From Octopus sinensis (Eukaryota): DNA of 64,000 nt. Below, one piece after another: positions 35,983 to 50,000 of this stretch. Each line of letters begins with the position of its first letter. Position 1 is the stretch's first letter. The stretch covers positions 54,684,001 through 54,748,000 of the forward strand of contig NC_043006.1 of assembly GCF_006345805.1 (NCBI RefSeq), given 5' to 3'. The position numbers and the translations under genes are program-made. The notes under the pieces are model-generated. The model was given only the letters and a program-made list of their open reading frames with translations, was not told where the DNA came from and searched no databases.

Positions 35983-36087
35983 GGTCACTGCTTAGAATCG
36001 AACTTGGAATCTTGGGGTTAGTAGCCCGTGCTCTTAACCACTACGCCATATGATGAGGACAAATATCTGTCAAATATAAATAATGTA
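35770..36087 (-). mobile_element. tRNA-headed SINE with (AAT)n linker and PLE-like hammerhead-bearing tail
   Basis: A box TGGCGTAGTGG (36038-36048), B box GTTCGATTC (35995-36003), (AAT)n at 35949-35980, hammerhead at 35849-35894, 36-bp inverted repeat 35801-35836 / 36052-36087. Confidence 0.75.
35849..35894 (-). ncRNA. Mutated minimal type I hammerhead (core CUAAUGA instead of CUGAUGA)
   Basis: gacac-CTAATGA-a ggctg gagggtatat cagcc-GAAAT-GTT-gtgtt. Confidence 0.65.
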
Positions 36088-36094
36088 AATAATG

Positions 36095-36125
<31 letters not shown>

Positions 36126-36130
36126 GTATG

Positions 36131-36165
<35 letters not shown>

Positions 36166-36547
36166 ATAGGCGGAGTTACGGATTAAGCACACAACTTGAC
36201 CGGCTTGTATATAGATACACACTTGCACATACACACATGTACATAAAAGTGTACAATGGAAAGGACACAGCACTCAATACATTTAGAGTATATATTTGTA
36301 GATTAACAGTTAATGATTCATATACTCTGTTACTCAGTTTCATAAGTTTTACAAGCACGTGTCTTATTGTTGAGACGGACATCTGAATGATTAAGACAGT
36401 TATCCAACGAATTAAATGCACACATGTGTATTTCAAAGCTCTAAGCCAATGGCTGTGTGAATCCATTAACTAACTACTAATCGATAAATATACAGGTATC
36501 TTGGACTTAATAGTCTTAAGCAGAAAATCTTCAAAAATATTTGACAT

Positions 36548-36712
36548 CCATAGCTGTGTAGTTAAAAAGCTTGCTTGCCAACCATGTGATCTTGGGTTCA
36601 GTCTCACTGCATGGCATCTTGGGCAACTTTTGTTTTCTACTGTAGTCCTGGGCTGACCAAAGCCATGTTAGTGGATTTGGTTGATGGAAACTGAAAGAAG
36701 CCCATTGCATAT
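36548..36712 (+). mobile_element. tRNA-derived SINE family B
   Basis: Similar to the other copies. Confidence 0.75.
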
Positions 36713-37334
36713 ATATATATCCTGTGTATGCTTTTAAACTGCACTCAGTAGTGGGCTCTGGTTCAGGGTTTTGAGGAGTATGGAACCATCTCTTAGCCAC
36801 TAGTGTTCCCAGGTCTACTATGATCCCGAGTAGTAGCACCTGTTAGGGTCCCAGCTAAGAGTTAACTAGCATATGGGTGCTGGGACATAGAAAACCTGGA
36901 GTTGGTGTCTGAGGGTACAGAAATCTATTGGGAGTGAGGGACCCCTGGTCTTTGTTAAGGTGTCTCTGTAGGAGGAGGCTAACTCATATACTGAACTCAC
37001 TGCTCTACTTAGCTGGGTGTCTTGCACTTTGCTTGTCTCTGAGTTCCTTGGTATTGTTAGTGAGAGCTACTGTGTTGTGAAATCTGCATGTGACCTTTAC
37101 ATGGGCATTGCTGACACTATCTGTCAGTGATAGTCATGCTTGTCTAACAAGTAGGCTGCCACCATTATATATGGGGGTGGTCTTTGTGTTTGAGTTTGTC
37201 CTCCACCACCACTTGACAAATGGTGTTGGTTTTGTTTATATCCCTATAACTTAATGGTTCAACAAAAGAGTCTGATAAAATAAGTACTAGGCTTAAAAAA
37301 AGAAAAGAACTGGCATTGTTTTGTTTGACTAAAC

Positions 37335-37642
37335 CAGGCCTGGCCAGCTTGAATTACATTGCAGGCCACTTTAATCACAGAAAGTTTTTTGAGGGCCGCT
37401 TGTATACTGATTGAATTGAAAGCATTTTGCTTTCTCATGCTATTATTACAATAATGAATGAAAGGTCGTTGATTCAACATGAAATATTATCATTGCAAAA
37501 ACAGTAGTATCTTTCTTTTTTACTTTTCATTACAATCTTTAACTTTTGATAAAATTTTTAAATGTTTGTTTAAATAAACTCATTTCAAGAAAGTATCAAG
37601 TGGGTTGCATGCAGCCTGCGGGCCTGGGGTTGGCCAGCCCTG
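37335..37642. mobile_element. hAT MITE nested in a family B SINE, TSD gactaaac/cactaaac
   Basis: TIRs caggcctggcca / tggccagccctg; the SINE 3' sequence resumes after 37650. Confidence 0.8.
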
Positions 37643-38024
37643 CACTAAACACTTCAAGGCAGTACTGCAACATAGCTGCCGTACAATGACTGAAGCAAGT
37701 AAATGGTAGAAGATAAAAACAAATTCATTTCAGTTTGATTTTTGAATATGTACTAAGGATATTGTCCGTGCGCATGTGGAAAGAAATTTCGGTACACTTA
37801 TAGCATTCCAACTGTAACTATCCAATTCTATTCTATAGAAACTAAAAGTTTTTTTAGATGAGTTACAGTAATAGCATCTCAACTATGTTCAGTCCTAACC
37901 CCTAAATTCAACCCTAAACCTTGACCCTAACTAGATCAACAAACCAATGATATGTATCAAAAACTGTATTAGATTTTATTGAATATTACTGCATGTAGAA
38001 AAACTAAAGTAAATGATAATTGAA

Positions 38025-38275
38025 TCAATAATAATAAATAATTACTGTTAAATAATAACTAATAATAAATAATAACTAATAAATAAATAATAAGTAATAA
38101 TAAATGATAACTAATAAATAATAATAATAAATAACTAATAACTAATAAATAATTGTAAATTGTAAATAATAAATAACTAATAAATGATAAATAATGATAA
38201 ATAACTAATAAATAATGATAAATAGTAAATAATAATAAATGATAAATAAAAAATAACAATTGAATAATAATTCTC
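38025..38275. repeat. A/T-only low-complexity minisatellite (taaataataactaa-like units)
   Basis: Directly visible. Confidence 0.9.
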
Positions 38276-38486
38276 AACATGATGGCTGATTACTTATTTA
38301 AGGAGAGTTTGGCCATCTGAAAGTAAGCATCATCAAAGGTGGGATGCATGAGAGAACTGTCTGCAACCTAAACAGTGTGATGAATTTTTGAGTAAGTCTC
38401 TAAAAGTACTGTACTCCTGTGAACTTGGACAATTGTGTGTGTACTTGCCAAAATATTGTTTAGAAGGATAATTCATAAATATACAG

Positions 38487-38650
38487 ATGCAGGCATGGTA
38501 GTGTAGTTAAGAAGATTGCTTCCCAACCACATGGTTTCAGGTTCAGTCCCACTGCATGGCACCTTGGGCAAGTGTCTTCTGCTATAGCCTCAGGCCAACT
38601 AAACCCTTGTGAGTGGATTTGGCAGATGGTAGCTGAAAGAAACCCATTGC
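38487..38650 (+). mobile_element. tRNA-derived SINE family B
   Basis: gcaggcatggtagtgtagttaagaagattgcttcccaaccacatggtttcaggttcagtccc. Confidence 0.85.
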
Positions 38651-41600
38651 AAATAGATGTGTGTATATGTTTCCTTGTCTTAACATGACTTGATAATTGT
38701 ATATGAGTGTCATTGAAGCAGTGTCGTTCATTTTCAGTATTTTACAAAAACATGTCTGGCCATGTAAAATATTACTTTGTTTTATAACTGGTGAATATTG
38801 TCATTTGCCCATAGAAAACTGCCTCAATAAATGCTTTCTGATCTATACAATTGGACATTAAAATGAAAATGATGGTAATGATGATATAAATTAGTGACAT
38901 CATATATTTGAGCAGAGCTAACTACCATAGCATTAATACACACTTGTGTACAAACATATTTTTAAGTTGTAATTTATACATGAACACACATAAGTAAATT
39001 GATTCAGTAATGCTTTGTATCTGCCATTTTAATTTCATTGTGGCTTTGGGGCTCTGCTGAAGATAGAAAACAAATTTTCATACTTTATTTGTGGCAGGAT
39101 AACTTAAGAAGAATGTTGGCTTTTACAGAATCTTTGTAATTGTAGTATGAGAAACTTCTTGTAAGAGTCTTAGTCAAACTTATCAGTGTGCTGAGAAACG
39201 CACAAAAAGGTATGCACAAGTTTGTAGGGCAAGAAAGTACAGTTTTGTAAATACTTCTCAATATGGAGGTAATGTTGTTGTTGTTGAGCCCAGGTTATCT
39301 ATGATAAACAATCTATGATGAACGTGCTTCAGCTATAAGCATCCTTTCATATTTTCAGGTAATGTATCCAAGACTATATTATTCAATATGCCCTTCCATT
39401 TCTTATAAAGATGGTATAGTTTGAAAATAATTTAGCTGCTATATCTAACAGGTAGAGCAACCACATAAATGCTTCCTCACTGGTTGGTTTATTTCCACAT
39501 GGGTGCATGTTTCCATCAGCATTGTTGTATATTTCGTCTGTATCAATTAAATAAAGGTGCATTGCTCTGTTTAACGCTGTCACCACTTGACAAATGGCTG
39601 CTTTAGTGAAGTTTATTCTGTTGTAAGCATTTGGACCAGATCTTCTGTCTTTCTCCTATAAGTCTTGGAGGCACTGAAAAGGATCATGGACACTGCCCTT
39701 CTGCTGTGGTGATACAATTATGATATTAATGATGTCATCACAACATAACACATCAAATTCTAGATCTAGGACAAACCTTACTCAGTGTTCTATATGATGT
39801 TGACTGCAATCTGTTTCTCCATTATGTACCAGTAACTAACTATTTATATTTTGTTTAGCCCTAGTCCAACCATAGTCCAGTAGACTTAAACTCAAAAGCA
39901 TTTCAGCTGTGATCATCCTGTTATTTTTATTTGTTTTTTTCTGAGAGACATTGTGTCTTAGAACTATTAATCAAAGAGCACTATCTAATGTGCTCTTTGA
40001 TTCTTCACACAGCAGGGTGTGATGAGAGTCAGTCAAGACTCCTTGTTGGTTTGATTGGGCTATTTGTAGGCAATTTTCTATTGTTGTTTTCTGTTCTAGC
40101 TAAACACTGGAAATACAGCCAGCCTCACAGAGTGATAGCTTGTCATGTATGTGTCAGCTATCATTTGTTTAAGAGCTAAAATAAAACATGCAGCTAAGCT
40201 GAGAGTCAGTAGCTAAGGAACACTGGTATCTGCATTTATCTTTGAATTTTCATGTCTAACTGGTGGACATCTGGATAAGTGAGCAAATGCTTCTTTTAAA
40301 CATGCCAGCAGACATGATTGCAACAATGTTATTACTCTAAGAGCTTCCATATACAAGTATCAAGCTGCTGATTGGCCAGACTAATGTCAAATCTTTACTA
40401 GAGCACCACTGCAGCATGGGTTATGAATAGATAAACATATAGACACATTTCTGTGTATATTTAGTTATAATCTGTGTTGTGTTGTATTCTAGTAAAGTTT
40501 TGACACAAGTATGGGCTTTGTGAAATCTTTATTCGAGCACCAGTAAAACATTGTTAAAGAACCCCATAGGTGTCACTTCATGCTCTAAAATTATACCCAC
40601 CAAGGCCTTTTTAGTGGCTTCCAGAATGGAGATCAAACCAACTGGTTTCATTGTTACAGCTCACTCTGAAACTTTCTCTTGCAGACTAATTTTGTTGCAG
40701 TTTTCATGTGAAAAAAATACAAATTCTGTGCAATATGTGTGTGTTTGTATTTTCATTAATTTGATAATTCACACCATTGCTATTCTGACTTTCCCACCTA
40801 TCGGCATTTGTTTAAATGACAAAGTGTAAACAAAAGGTGAATCACATGCTTTGAATATTTTTCTCTCATTTGTTTATCCAACTGCAAGCATCAACATCTA
40901 TAAATATGTACCCAACACTTACCTATGGCCAAAAACAATCTTTTGAATTTCTTTGTTCTTACTCACAAAACTGTTTGTTGTTTTTGGATGGCTTTTGACT
41001 TTTAAAATCCAAGGGCTTTTCAACCCTATATTTACACACTATTTTTTATTGCTTTATCTGCTTTGGGTTCCACTGTTAAACAAATGATTTATTTCATGTC
41101 ATGTCTCTCAAAGTTTCTAAATTCATTTGACATAAACAATGTATGTATGAATGATTTTTTTTTTTTTAATATCATTTAAGCTCTTGAGAGAGAGCAAGGT
41201 AGTTGCTAACAAAGCGACAAAACCTTTCGAGTTAAGAAAGTTCCCAGTCTTTGTAAATATGTGGTTGAATTGGTGTGTTGATTGAACTTTCGATGTATAC
41301 ACCCAAGTGTGTGCATCTACATAAGAATCTCAGATGGAGAATATTTTTGGAATGGCTTACAAATCATCACTGTACCACTAATAGAGAATCCATGTCTATT
41401 TGGAGAATTCATGTCAATTTCTTTTGCTCTTTCTTTGTGAAACTGAGTATTTCTAGGTTTTTGTGCAAATTTGTCTGTACATTACTTAATGAATTCATAG
41501 TCAAGGTGTAAGAGCTGTAAGTTACGCGTTAATTCACCATAAATGTTCTCTTTTGCCTGGACTTTTGATTGTAAATTCACATCTACTGAGTAGCTGACCT

Positions 41601-43645
41601 CTACAACAGTGCATGACTTTTGTTCCCTGTTCCACAGAACAATATCAGGTCTGTTATGTTTGCACCGAATTGATGTTTTTATTGGGATATTCCATCAGTA
41701 TGTATGAATGTATGTATGTATGACCTGGCTATGAATTTAAACTGCATCTGGTAGTGGGGCCCTGGTATAAGAGTTCTAGGATTTTGAGAAGTGTGGAACC
41801 ACCACTTAGCTGCTACTGTTTCCATTTTTACTGTGACCTGGAGTAGTAGCATCTGTTAGGGTTCCAGTTATGGGTTAATTAGCATGTGAATCACTGGGAA
41901 TAAAGGATCCCTAGTTCTTGTTAGAACTTCCTTCTTGGAGAAAGTAAATTTGTGTAAAAATCCTGAAGTGCACTTGGTTTCTGGTTGTCTCACCAGCCTC
42001 TGTTGTGTCATTGGTGTCATAGCTGATTGTGTTGGAAAGTGGGTTCAATACTGTGCAACACTTCAAAATAAATTCATGTACAGGACTTCTTGAACTCTTG
42101 GAACATTTGCATGGACTTACTAAGTTTAGGAAGTAGTTTTGGTAACAAGCTGACTTCACAATATATGTATGTGTGTGTGTGAGCACGCGCATGCATGTGT
42201 GTATGTAGATGAAGTATGGATGAATGGTTAAAAAAAGTTTACTTCTCTATCACAAAGTCCAGGGTTGAATCTCAGTGCAAGGTATCTTGGGCTTGTGTCT
42301 TTTCTGCAACCTTGGCTTGCAAGTGAATGTGATCAACAGACTCCAAAGAGACTGATGTCAGTCTACACCAGCAAGGCTTGTATTATTTAGTAAAATCAAT
42401 AAAACTTGCAAGTGAAACTGAGTAGACAGAAACCGTGCGGACGCCCACCAGATGGATTGTACCAGTTCAGCTTTCTTTCACTGGTTTACCATCAGTCTGC
42501 CTGAGAATTATTTTAAGTGTACTCACAATGTCTTCCAACTTTTCAACTCTTTGGGAACATTTGAAATACAGTCTGTTACTCAGGGAATCCCGACATAAAA
42601 CTTAATTTATTTTTATTTCTCTTCCATAAGGTTAAATATCACAAAAGATTAAAGAAATAATAAAACTCTTTTTGAAATATTTACCTGTGCTAAATCCATT
42701 AGACACGACAAAGAAGGTCAAGACCTCTACAATTCCATGTCAACCTTTTTGTTATAGTTCTGAAGAAATATACTGCTTTTATTTCAATTAATTGTGGAAA
42801 TAACACTGTAGTAGGATGGCAAAAAGTAAGGATGCTTTTACCTTGAGATGAAATCCGGACACAGTATCCAGGTTTGCTTCACAAGAATCAGCAAAACTCT
42901 TTGGTTATATCTACATTTGTACAGTACCCCAATTTCTGGTCAGAAACTACTCTTCCTAGGAGATCCATTCCACACGTCTGTTCCCCTTGATGTCCTGGTG
43001 AAGAAAGAGAGGCTGTTCAAATGCCCTGGTTCTTGATGTGATATCACTTCCTCTTGCTTCTGGGTCCTGATGACACTCTTCCTCTCTTGCTTCTGATTCT
43101 AATGTCTCCCTTCCTCCACAAAGGCAACATTTGGTAAAATAACTGTAACTATTAAGCTGGTATTTGGAATATAGATTAAGCCCAAACTTTAAAACAGGAA
43201 AAAAACATTCTTAAAATTAAAACAGAAAATTTGTGTCTTAAAACCAAAAGTGGTCTCAGGCAGCTTGATATCAAAAGGGTTAAGAGATAATTTTCCTAGA
43301 AAGAATGTCACATTACATACTGATGCACAGATAAATTATGTGATGAAACATTATAGAATTCTAAATAAAATCAAAGATGAAAATGACAGAAGCATTTGCA
43401 TGTAAGTAGCCTATTTCACACCATTCTCTGGCAGAGAACTCTAGAGTTCTGGGGTATCTAAGTAGGGAAATGCTGAGTATATGTCTCTGTGGAACAATCA
43501 ATCACTTGCTAATTCAATGAGCTTTGTAGTACATTTAATCAAACAGAAATTTTGACCAAAATCTATTTATGCATATATATTATAAATTTAGATATGTTGG
43601 CCAAAAATTGGCCCAGACCTTGTCTCACTTCATAGCACTACTTGT

Positions 43646-43760
<115 letters not shown>

Positions 43761-45879
43761 ATACTCAAATCATACTTTATATCTTTCATTAAATCTATTA
43801 TTATTTTTATCATCACAGATGGTCAATTGAAAGTGTACCATTTAAACAATAGCTACCTATATTCCAATTTTCCTATTATAAAATTATTTAATTTATATTA
43901 GTATTTTTGGAAGCAATAAGTGCATTTTGCAATTTAGGTGGCCTAATTAGTGCTAATTATGTGCTATCTGTGCAAATAATCACATCTGGATTTGAAATTA
44001 AATGGGAGAAATATTTAAAGAATGTAAGCTTTTGTTGACAGCATAGAAAGTAAGGGAGCAGTGACAAGAGCAAGCCCTTAATGAAGGCAGCAGTCTGTTG
44101 CTTAATATTAATACAAAGTAAATAAATATAAACTTGAAAAAAGAATTGTTGTTTAGAAGTATTCATGCATGAATAGAAAAAAACTATAACAGCTTTGGTA
44201 TGTTTGCCTAATTGAGAAATTTTTGATGCCTGCTGATTGGATTGAAGTGCTACAAGTAGCTGGTGAGCAAGTATAGCATGGCAACATGTATCACCCTTTT
44301 GTTAATTGTTTTAAGTGCCTATGTACAGTCACAAGGAGGCATAGACACTTGAACCCCTCACACTCTTGACCCAGTGGTACATCTTGGATGTGACAGCTGG
44401 CAGGAGAGAGTGGTGGGGTGGCTGCACTAGCACCTGGTTGGTTCTTATCACAGCTGAATAGAGAAGAAGACTGTGGAAAGGAACATGAAAAGAAGTGCCT
44501 TGCTCAAAGACAATGTGCTGACTAGTCCAGGGATTGAACTTACCACCTTGTGATGGAATTGAATCAAGTATCCTAATCACTAGACCATGCACCTTCACAG
44601 CAAGGTGTAGATGAGACAGAATCAGACAAAAGTAGATGTAGAACATGTAAGAGAGCAGTTGAGTAATCTCAGTTGATCAAAGTTTAACTCACTATATTAC
44701 ATATGTGAGATCCTACCATATTTTTTTTTTGTATGCGGAACATTCTAAAGTGTTTCCCTCATATGGTTGTTGTTTAATCATAATTAATGTCACTACACCT
44801 ACTATATTTTTTTGCATGTTGATCTCTCTAGGAAGTGCATCAAGCTATAGAAACCATACCAAAGCAGACATTAGACTTCGACATAGTCCTCCAAGTTGTT
44901 AGATCCTATTGGACTGTCCAATCCATGCCAGCATATAAGACAGGTCTTAAATGAGGATGATGAAGTCTTGCCAACTGAATAGGATAGACTTTACTGAGGA
45001 AACTTAAGACCAAAACATATCTGTTACTTTTGCCACTTGACTTTAAAGATCAGATTCTCCAATCTACATTTACTATATTGTCCCAATATTTTAATCAACA
45101 GACCTTACTGCAGTTATCTCCCTTGTTTTTAGATTTTAAATGTCTTTAGAGGGATTTTACTAATTTCTTGAGTTTATCAAAGCTTTTTTTTAACATGCTG
45201 CAATTATGCTTGTGAAATCCTTCTGTATTTCTATTTAGTATGCAGGATGTTCCTTCAAGATATTTTCTGTCAACCATATTATTGATATTCATAATTTCAT
45301 GACTGGAATGATGGAAGTCAACGAGAGAGAAATTATTTTGCATCTCTGTTGAAACCATATATAGAACTTCAGCTGATAACAGCAATTTATAGGAATAATG
45401 TTAAATGGTGCTTACTATGTGAATGTACTGTTTGATAAAGAATATGAATATATATATATATATATGTTAGTTTTTGTGTCTGATCTTTTCTGACAAAACA
45501 TGAGAGTTACTGGAATAAAGCTAATGGCCATTGCTTTTAAGTATTCTAAATATTTACTTTCCATCTAATCTAATCTTCAGTTTTATGTTGTGCTCATATA
45601 TTCACTTTTCAAAGTATGCAAGCATGAAGAAATTGGCATTGTGGTGGTGGTGGTGATGGTGCGGCAATAGTGCAACAGTGGCAGTGGAGGAGAATGATTT
45701 GATTTGAAATAAACCAAAATATAAAAGGTAGCAAAGATGAACCCAGGAGGATTTGATCTCTGAACAGTGCAGTCCTGCTTTACATATAAATGTCTTGTTT
45801 GGTCTGGTATTCCACTATTTGCAGCCATCTTATATATCATTAGAGCACACACACACATTCATAGATACATAGTCACAAA

Positions 45880-46480
45880 GAGAAAGAAGGTAGATTTCAG
45901 GCATAGCAGGTCCATTAGGGCAATAAGCACTATGAATATTTGGCAAATAGATTGTCTTAAATACGAGGATGAATCCTTAGATGTAGCTGATAGCTTTTGT
46001 TACTTAGGTGATCTTATACCAGTGGGCTGGGTAAACCGTAAGTGTGGTAACCAGAATAAAAGCGAGATGGAGAAAAGTTTAAAATAACTATTAATTCTGT
46101 TGGCAACAGAGGGCTCTTCCTTCAAAGTGAAGGTCAGATTGTATAATGTTGGTGTGCAAAGTGCATTGTTGCATGTCAGTATGACATTGACCTTGAATGT
46201 GGAGGCAAGCATGCATTACTAGATATGCCATGTTAGTGTGCATGGACAATGAAGTATAAATGAACTGAGAGAGATGAAGGTATAAAAGGTAGTGTGTAAG
46301 ATAGGAGACTGCACTAGTATGGTTACAATGATGTGAAAGGAGGATGATGGCTGCATAAGTAAGTGCTGAGAACTTAGAGTGAATGAATTCTGAGGGAAGA
46401 CCTGGGATGAGGTGGTAAAATATGATCTCAAGATACTACAATTGATGAAGGAGACAACAGAGGACCATACAACCTCCTGA
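45880..46480 (+). mobile_element. Degenerate RTE LINE 3' fragment
   Basis: LDVADSFCYLGDLI, followed by sequence similar to 25950-26450. Confidence 0.75.
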
Positions 46481-46840
46481 CAATAATCTGTCCTTTTCCT
46501 TTCCCCTTTCCACTTTACTCTATCTCTTCCATTATTCCTCCATGATACTGTCTCCTCTGTAACTTTCTGCGTTACTTCCTTCTCATAATAAATCTGTTCC
46601 TCTCGGTATACTTTAACTTCTCTTAACACCTCAACTAAAGTCATCACACTCTCTTCTATTCTTTCAATGGTGGGGCTCATTAGTTTTGCTAGTTACAAGG
46701 TGACCACACTAGTGCTGGTGTTTCAGAAAAATGCACCTGATACACTCTGTAGAGTGGTTTAGTAAATTGAGACAGAAATAATGCAGGGTAAGACAATTTC
46801 TATAGTTCTGATACCATGAAAAAGATGCACCCAGTACACT

Positions 46841-47075
46841 CTTATTTCTTTACTGCCCACAAGGGGCTACACACAGAGGGGACAAACAAGGACAGACAAC
46901 CGGATTAAGTCGATTATATCGATCCCAGTGCATAACTGGTACTTATTTAATCGACCCCAAAAGGATGAAAGGCAAAGTCGACCTCGGCGGAATTTGAACG
47001 CAGAACGTAACGGCAGACGAAATACCGCTAAGCATTTCGCCCGGTGTGCTAACGTTTCTGCCAGTCCACCACCTT
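46841..47075 (-). mobile_element. Young copy of tRNA-derived SINE family A
   Basis: CpG-rich, close to the family consensus inferred from the other copies in the window. Confidence 0.9.
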
Positions 47076-50000
47076 TATGCACCAAGTACACCCTGTAAAG
47101 TGGCTGGTTTAGAAGGGGCATCTAGCTATGGAAACCATACCATGAAAAAGACATTGGTGGAAGACATGCTCTGCTAATCTGTTGGATCCTGTCAAACCAT
47201 CCAGTCCATGCCAGCATGGTAAATGGATATAAAATGATGATAATGATAATATTGTGCAAATATATCCATACATACAAAGGGTCTGACCTAGTGGTTAGGG
47301 TATTGCACGCAAGATCACAAGAGTGTAGTTTTGGTTCCCAAACTGATGGTATGTTGAGTTCTCCAGCAAAACACTTCATTTCATGTTGCTCCAGTCCCCT
47401 CAGTGGTAGATGGGTAATCTTGTGATGGACTGGTGTTCCATTCAGAGGGAATGTTGGCCTGCTTGTCTAGGCAGTGGGGGTGGGCATCATTCAAAAGTTT
47501 AAACAATGCAAGGACACACGTTGTAACCAGCAGTGTATGACAACATCCAATAGTCTGTTCGATAAAATGATACCATAATATCTATACATGGCACAAGTGT
47601 AAGATATGTGAGTGCCTGTGTGGTTGAGGGATTCACTTTACAACTATATAGTTTTGTTTGGGTTCAATCTCATTACAAAGCATCTGGATACCTTCTACCA
47701 TAGCGCTGGGTCAACAAATACCTTTGGAAATGAAAGTTGGTAGCTATAAGCATGTATGTATATACATATAGTTGCTATATGGTTAAGGAGTCTGTATGAG
47801 AATCATGAGGTCCTTGTTTTGATTCTGTTGTGTGGTATATTGGTCAAGTGTCATTTTCTATAATCTGAGGTTGATCTATATCTTGTGAGTGAAATTGAGT
47901 AGGTAGAAACTGTATGGGAGCCCATCAAATGGATTGCACCCGTAATTTAGAGGTCTATCTTTGTTATATAGTGCCATGCTGATTCTATCTGAGGATTACC
48001 TTCAGGACACACATGTTTGTGGAATACTCAGTCACTTAAATGATAATTCAATGAACCTGGTTGTCAAGTTGATTGAAGAACTGTACAAGGTTGGGAATTT
48101 TAATTAAGATTTCATTACACACACACACACACGTGTACATGTGTGCACGTGTGTGTGTGTGTGTGTATTTTATTTGTTTCAGTTATTAGACTGCAGTCAT
48201 GCTAGGTCACTGCCTTGACATATATATTTATATGTCTGGTGATATGAGGTTTTTAACAAGACTGCCTCACCTCATTGAAGCTGAGTTCTGGAAGTGCTGT
48301 GTATTTTGTGCTGCCCACCACATGTTACATAAATCTCTCTCCTCACCCAATGAACCAAACTGCATCTCATTGTGTACAATACTCTCTCTCTCTCACTGCT
48401 CCTCAACACTGCTCTGTCATATTGCTGTACACTCTGTAAAGTGGTTGGAGTTAGGAAGGGCATCCAGCCATAGAAACCGTGCCAAAGCAGACAGAAAAGC
48501 TTAGTGCAGTCCTCTAGCTAGCTAGCTCCTGTCAAACCATCTAACCCATGCCACCATGGAAAATGGACGTTAAGAGATGATGATGATTCACATATATATG
48601 CACATATGCTGGTGTGTGTGTGTGAATGTATATATATACACACAAACACACACAGAGTTAAGTAATGTTGATTGACAGAGATTCAAGATAAAGACGTGAA
48701 CAGGTAAAACTGTTTTTAGACAGAAAACTAAGGTAATAAGAGATAGAAAGATAGATAGATAGAGAGATAAAAGGAGAGGGGGAGAGAGAGAGAATAAAAG
48801 AAGGTAAATGCTCTTAGCTTTTAAGCTGTCTTCCAGAACATTCTTGAAAGCAGGTAAGGAGGGTAAATGGAAAAAGAATATTATTCACTATTTAAAGCTA
48901 ATTGGAGGAATTTCTTGTCATAATTGAAAACAAACAAAAGCACAGTAGAGGGAAAGAAATTAAAATAAATCTCAAACAAAACAAAGCATTTCTAATAACA
49001 CCTAGAAAACCAACAACAAAAGAAAGCTCGCACAATAGCAGTTTTGACTGACAGAAATGTTATTTATAGCTGTCCAGCTTAAAATAAGAAATAAAAAAAA
49101 CATGCGCGCGTACACACACACACATACACCTATATTTGTATATGCAAGCAAGAGGGTAAGTACTCAATACAAAAGTAGAGTGCTATTATTTACTAATTAA
49201 TCCCAGTTACTGTTCTGAGTATAATGAGTGTCATCACTGATCATGTACCACACACATTCTCATGGGCATAGCTGTGTGGTAAGAAGCTTGCTTCCCAATC
49301 ACATGATTTCAGTTCTACCTCTGCATAGCACCTTTGGCAAGTATCTTCTACTATTGCTTTGGGTCAACAAAAAAGCTTGTGAGTGAATCTGGTAGACAGA
49401 AACTGAAAGAAGTCTGTGGTATACATCGTTGTCATCATCATCATCATACAACGTTTGTTTTCATTGCTGACATGGGTTGGATGGTTTGACCAGAGCTGAT
49501 ATGGCCAGGGGCCACCCCTGGCTCCATTGTCTGTTCTGGCATGGTTTCTATGGTTGGATGCTCTTCGTAATGCCAACCACTCCACAGACTGTACTGGGTA
49601 CTTTTTAGTGTGGCACCAGCACCATTGCTTTTAACATGGCACCAGCATGAGTGCTTTTGATGTGGTACCAGCACCAGTATCAATTTTGCGATGGCAGATG
49701 AATCTTCTTCAGTACAGCAATGCACCAAATATCTTGGTAGTTTGCTATCTCATTTGTAAGGCTCAGTGGCTTGAGATTATCCTTCAATATTTCATCCCAT
49801 GTCTTCATGCATATATCTATGTGTGTGTGTGTATGTGCACATTTATCCCCCACCATTGCTTGGCAACTGGTGTTGTTTTGTTTACATCCCTGTTACTTAG
49901 CGGTTTGGCAAAAGAGTCTGATAAAGTAAATACTGGGCTTAAAAAATTAAATACTAGTGTTGATTTGTTTGACTAAACCCTTTAAGTTGGTGCCCTAGCA

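Noticed and set aside
35985-36052. tRNA gene
   Set aside because: A and B boxes are present but the acceptor and T stems do not pair; it is a SINE head. The same applies to the family A-C heads.
39383-39586. 67-aa minus-strand ORF
   Set aside because: No recognisable family; possibly an old transposon remnant.
42685-42759. Minus-strand 75-nt segment with good acceptor and donor
   Set aside because: Stops in all three frames; at most a non-coding exon and unsupported without RNA data.
45146-45385. 79-aa minus-strand ORF
   Set aside because: No recognisable motif and weak splice signals.
48115-48165. (CA)n-cg-(TG)n palindromes (also ~34911-34935, ~29641-29657)
   Set aside because: Short low-complexity mirrors expected from abundant CA/TG microsatellites.
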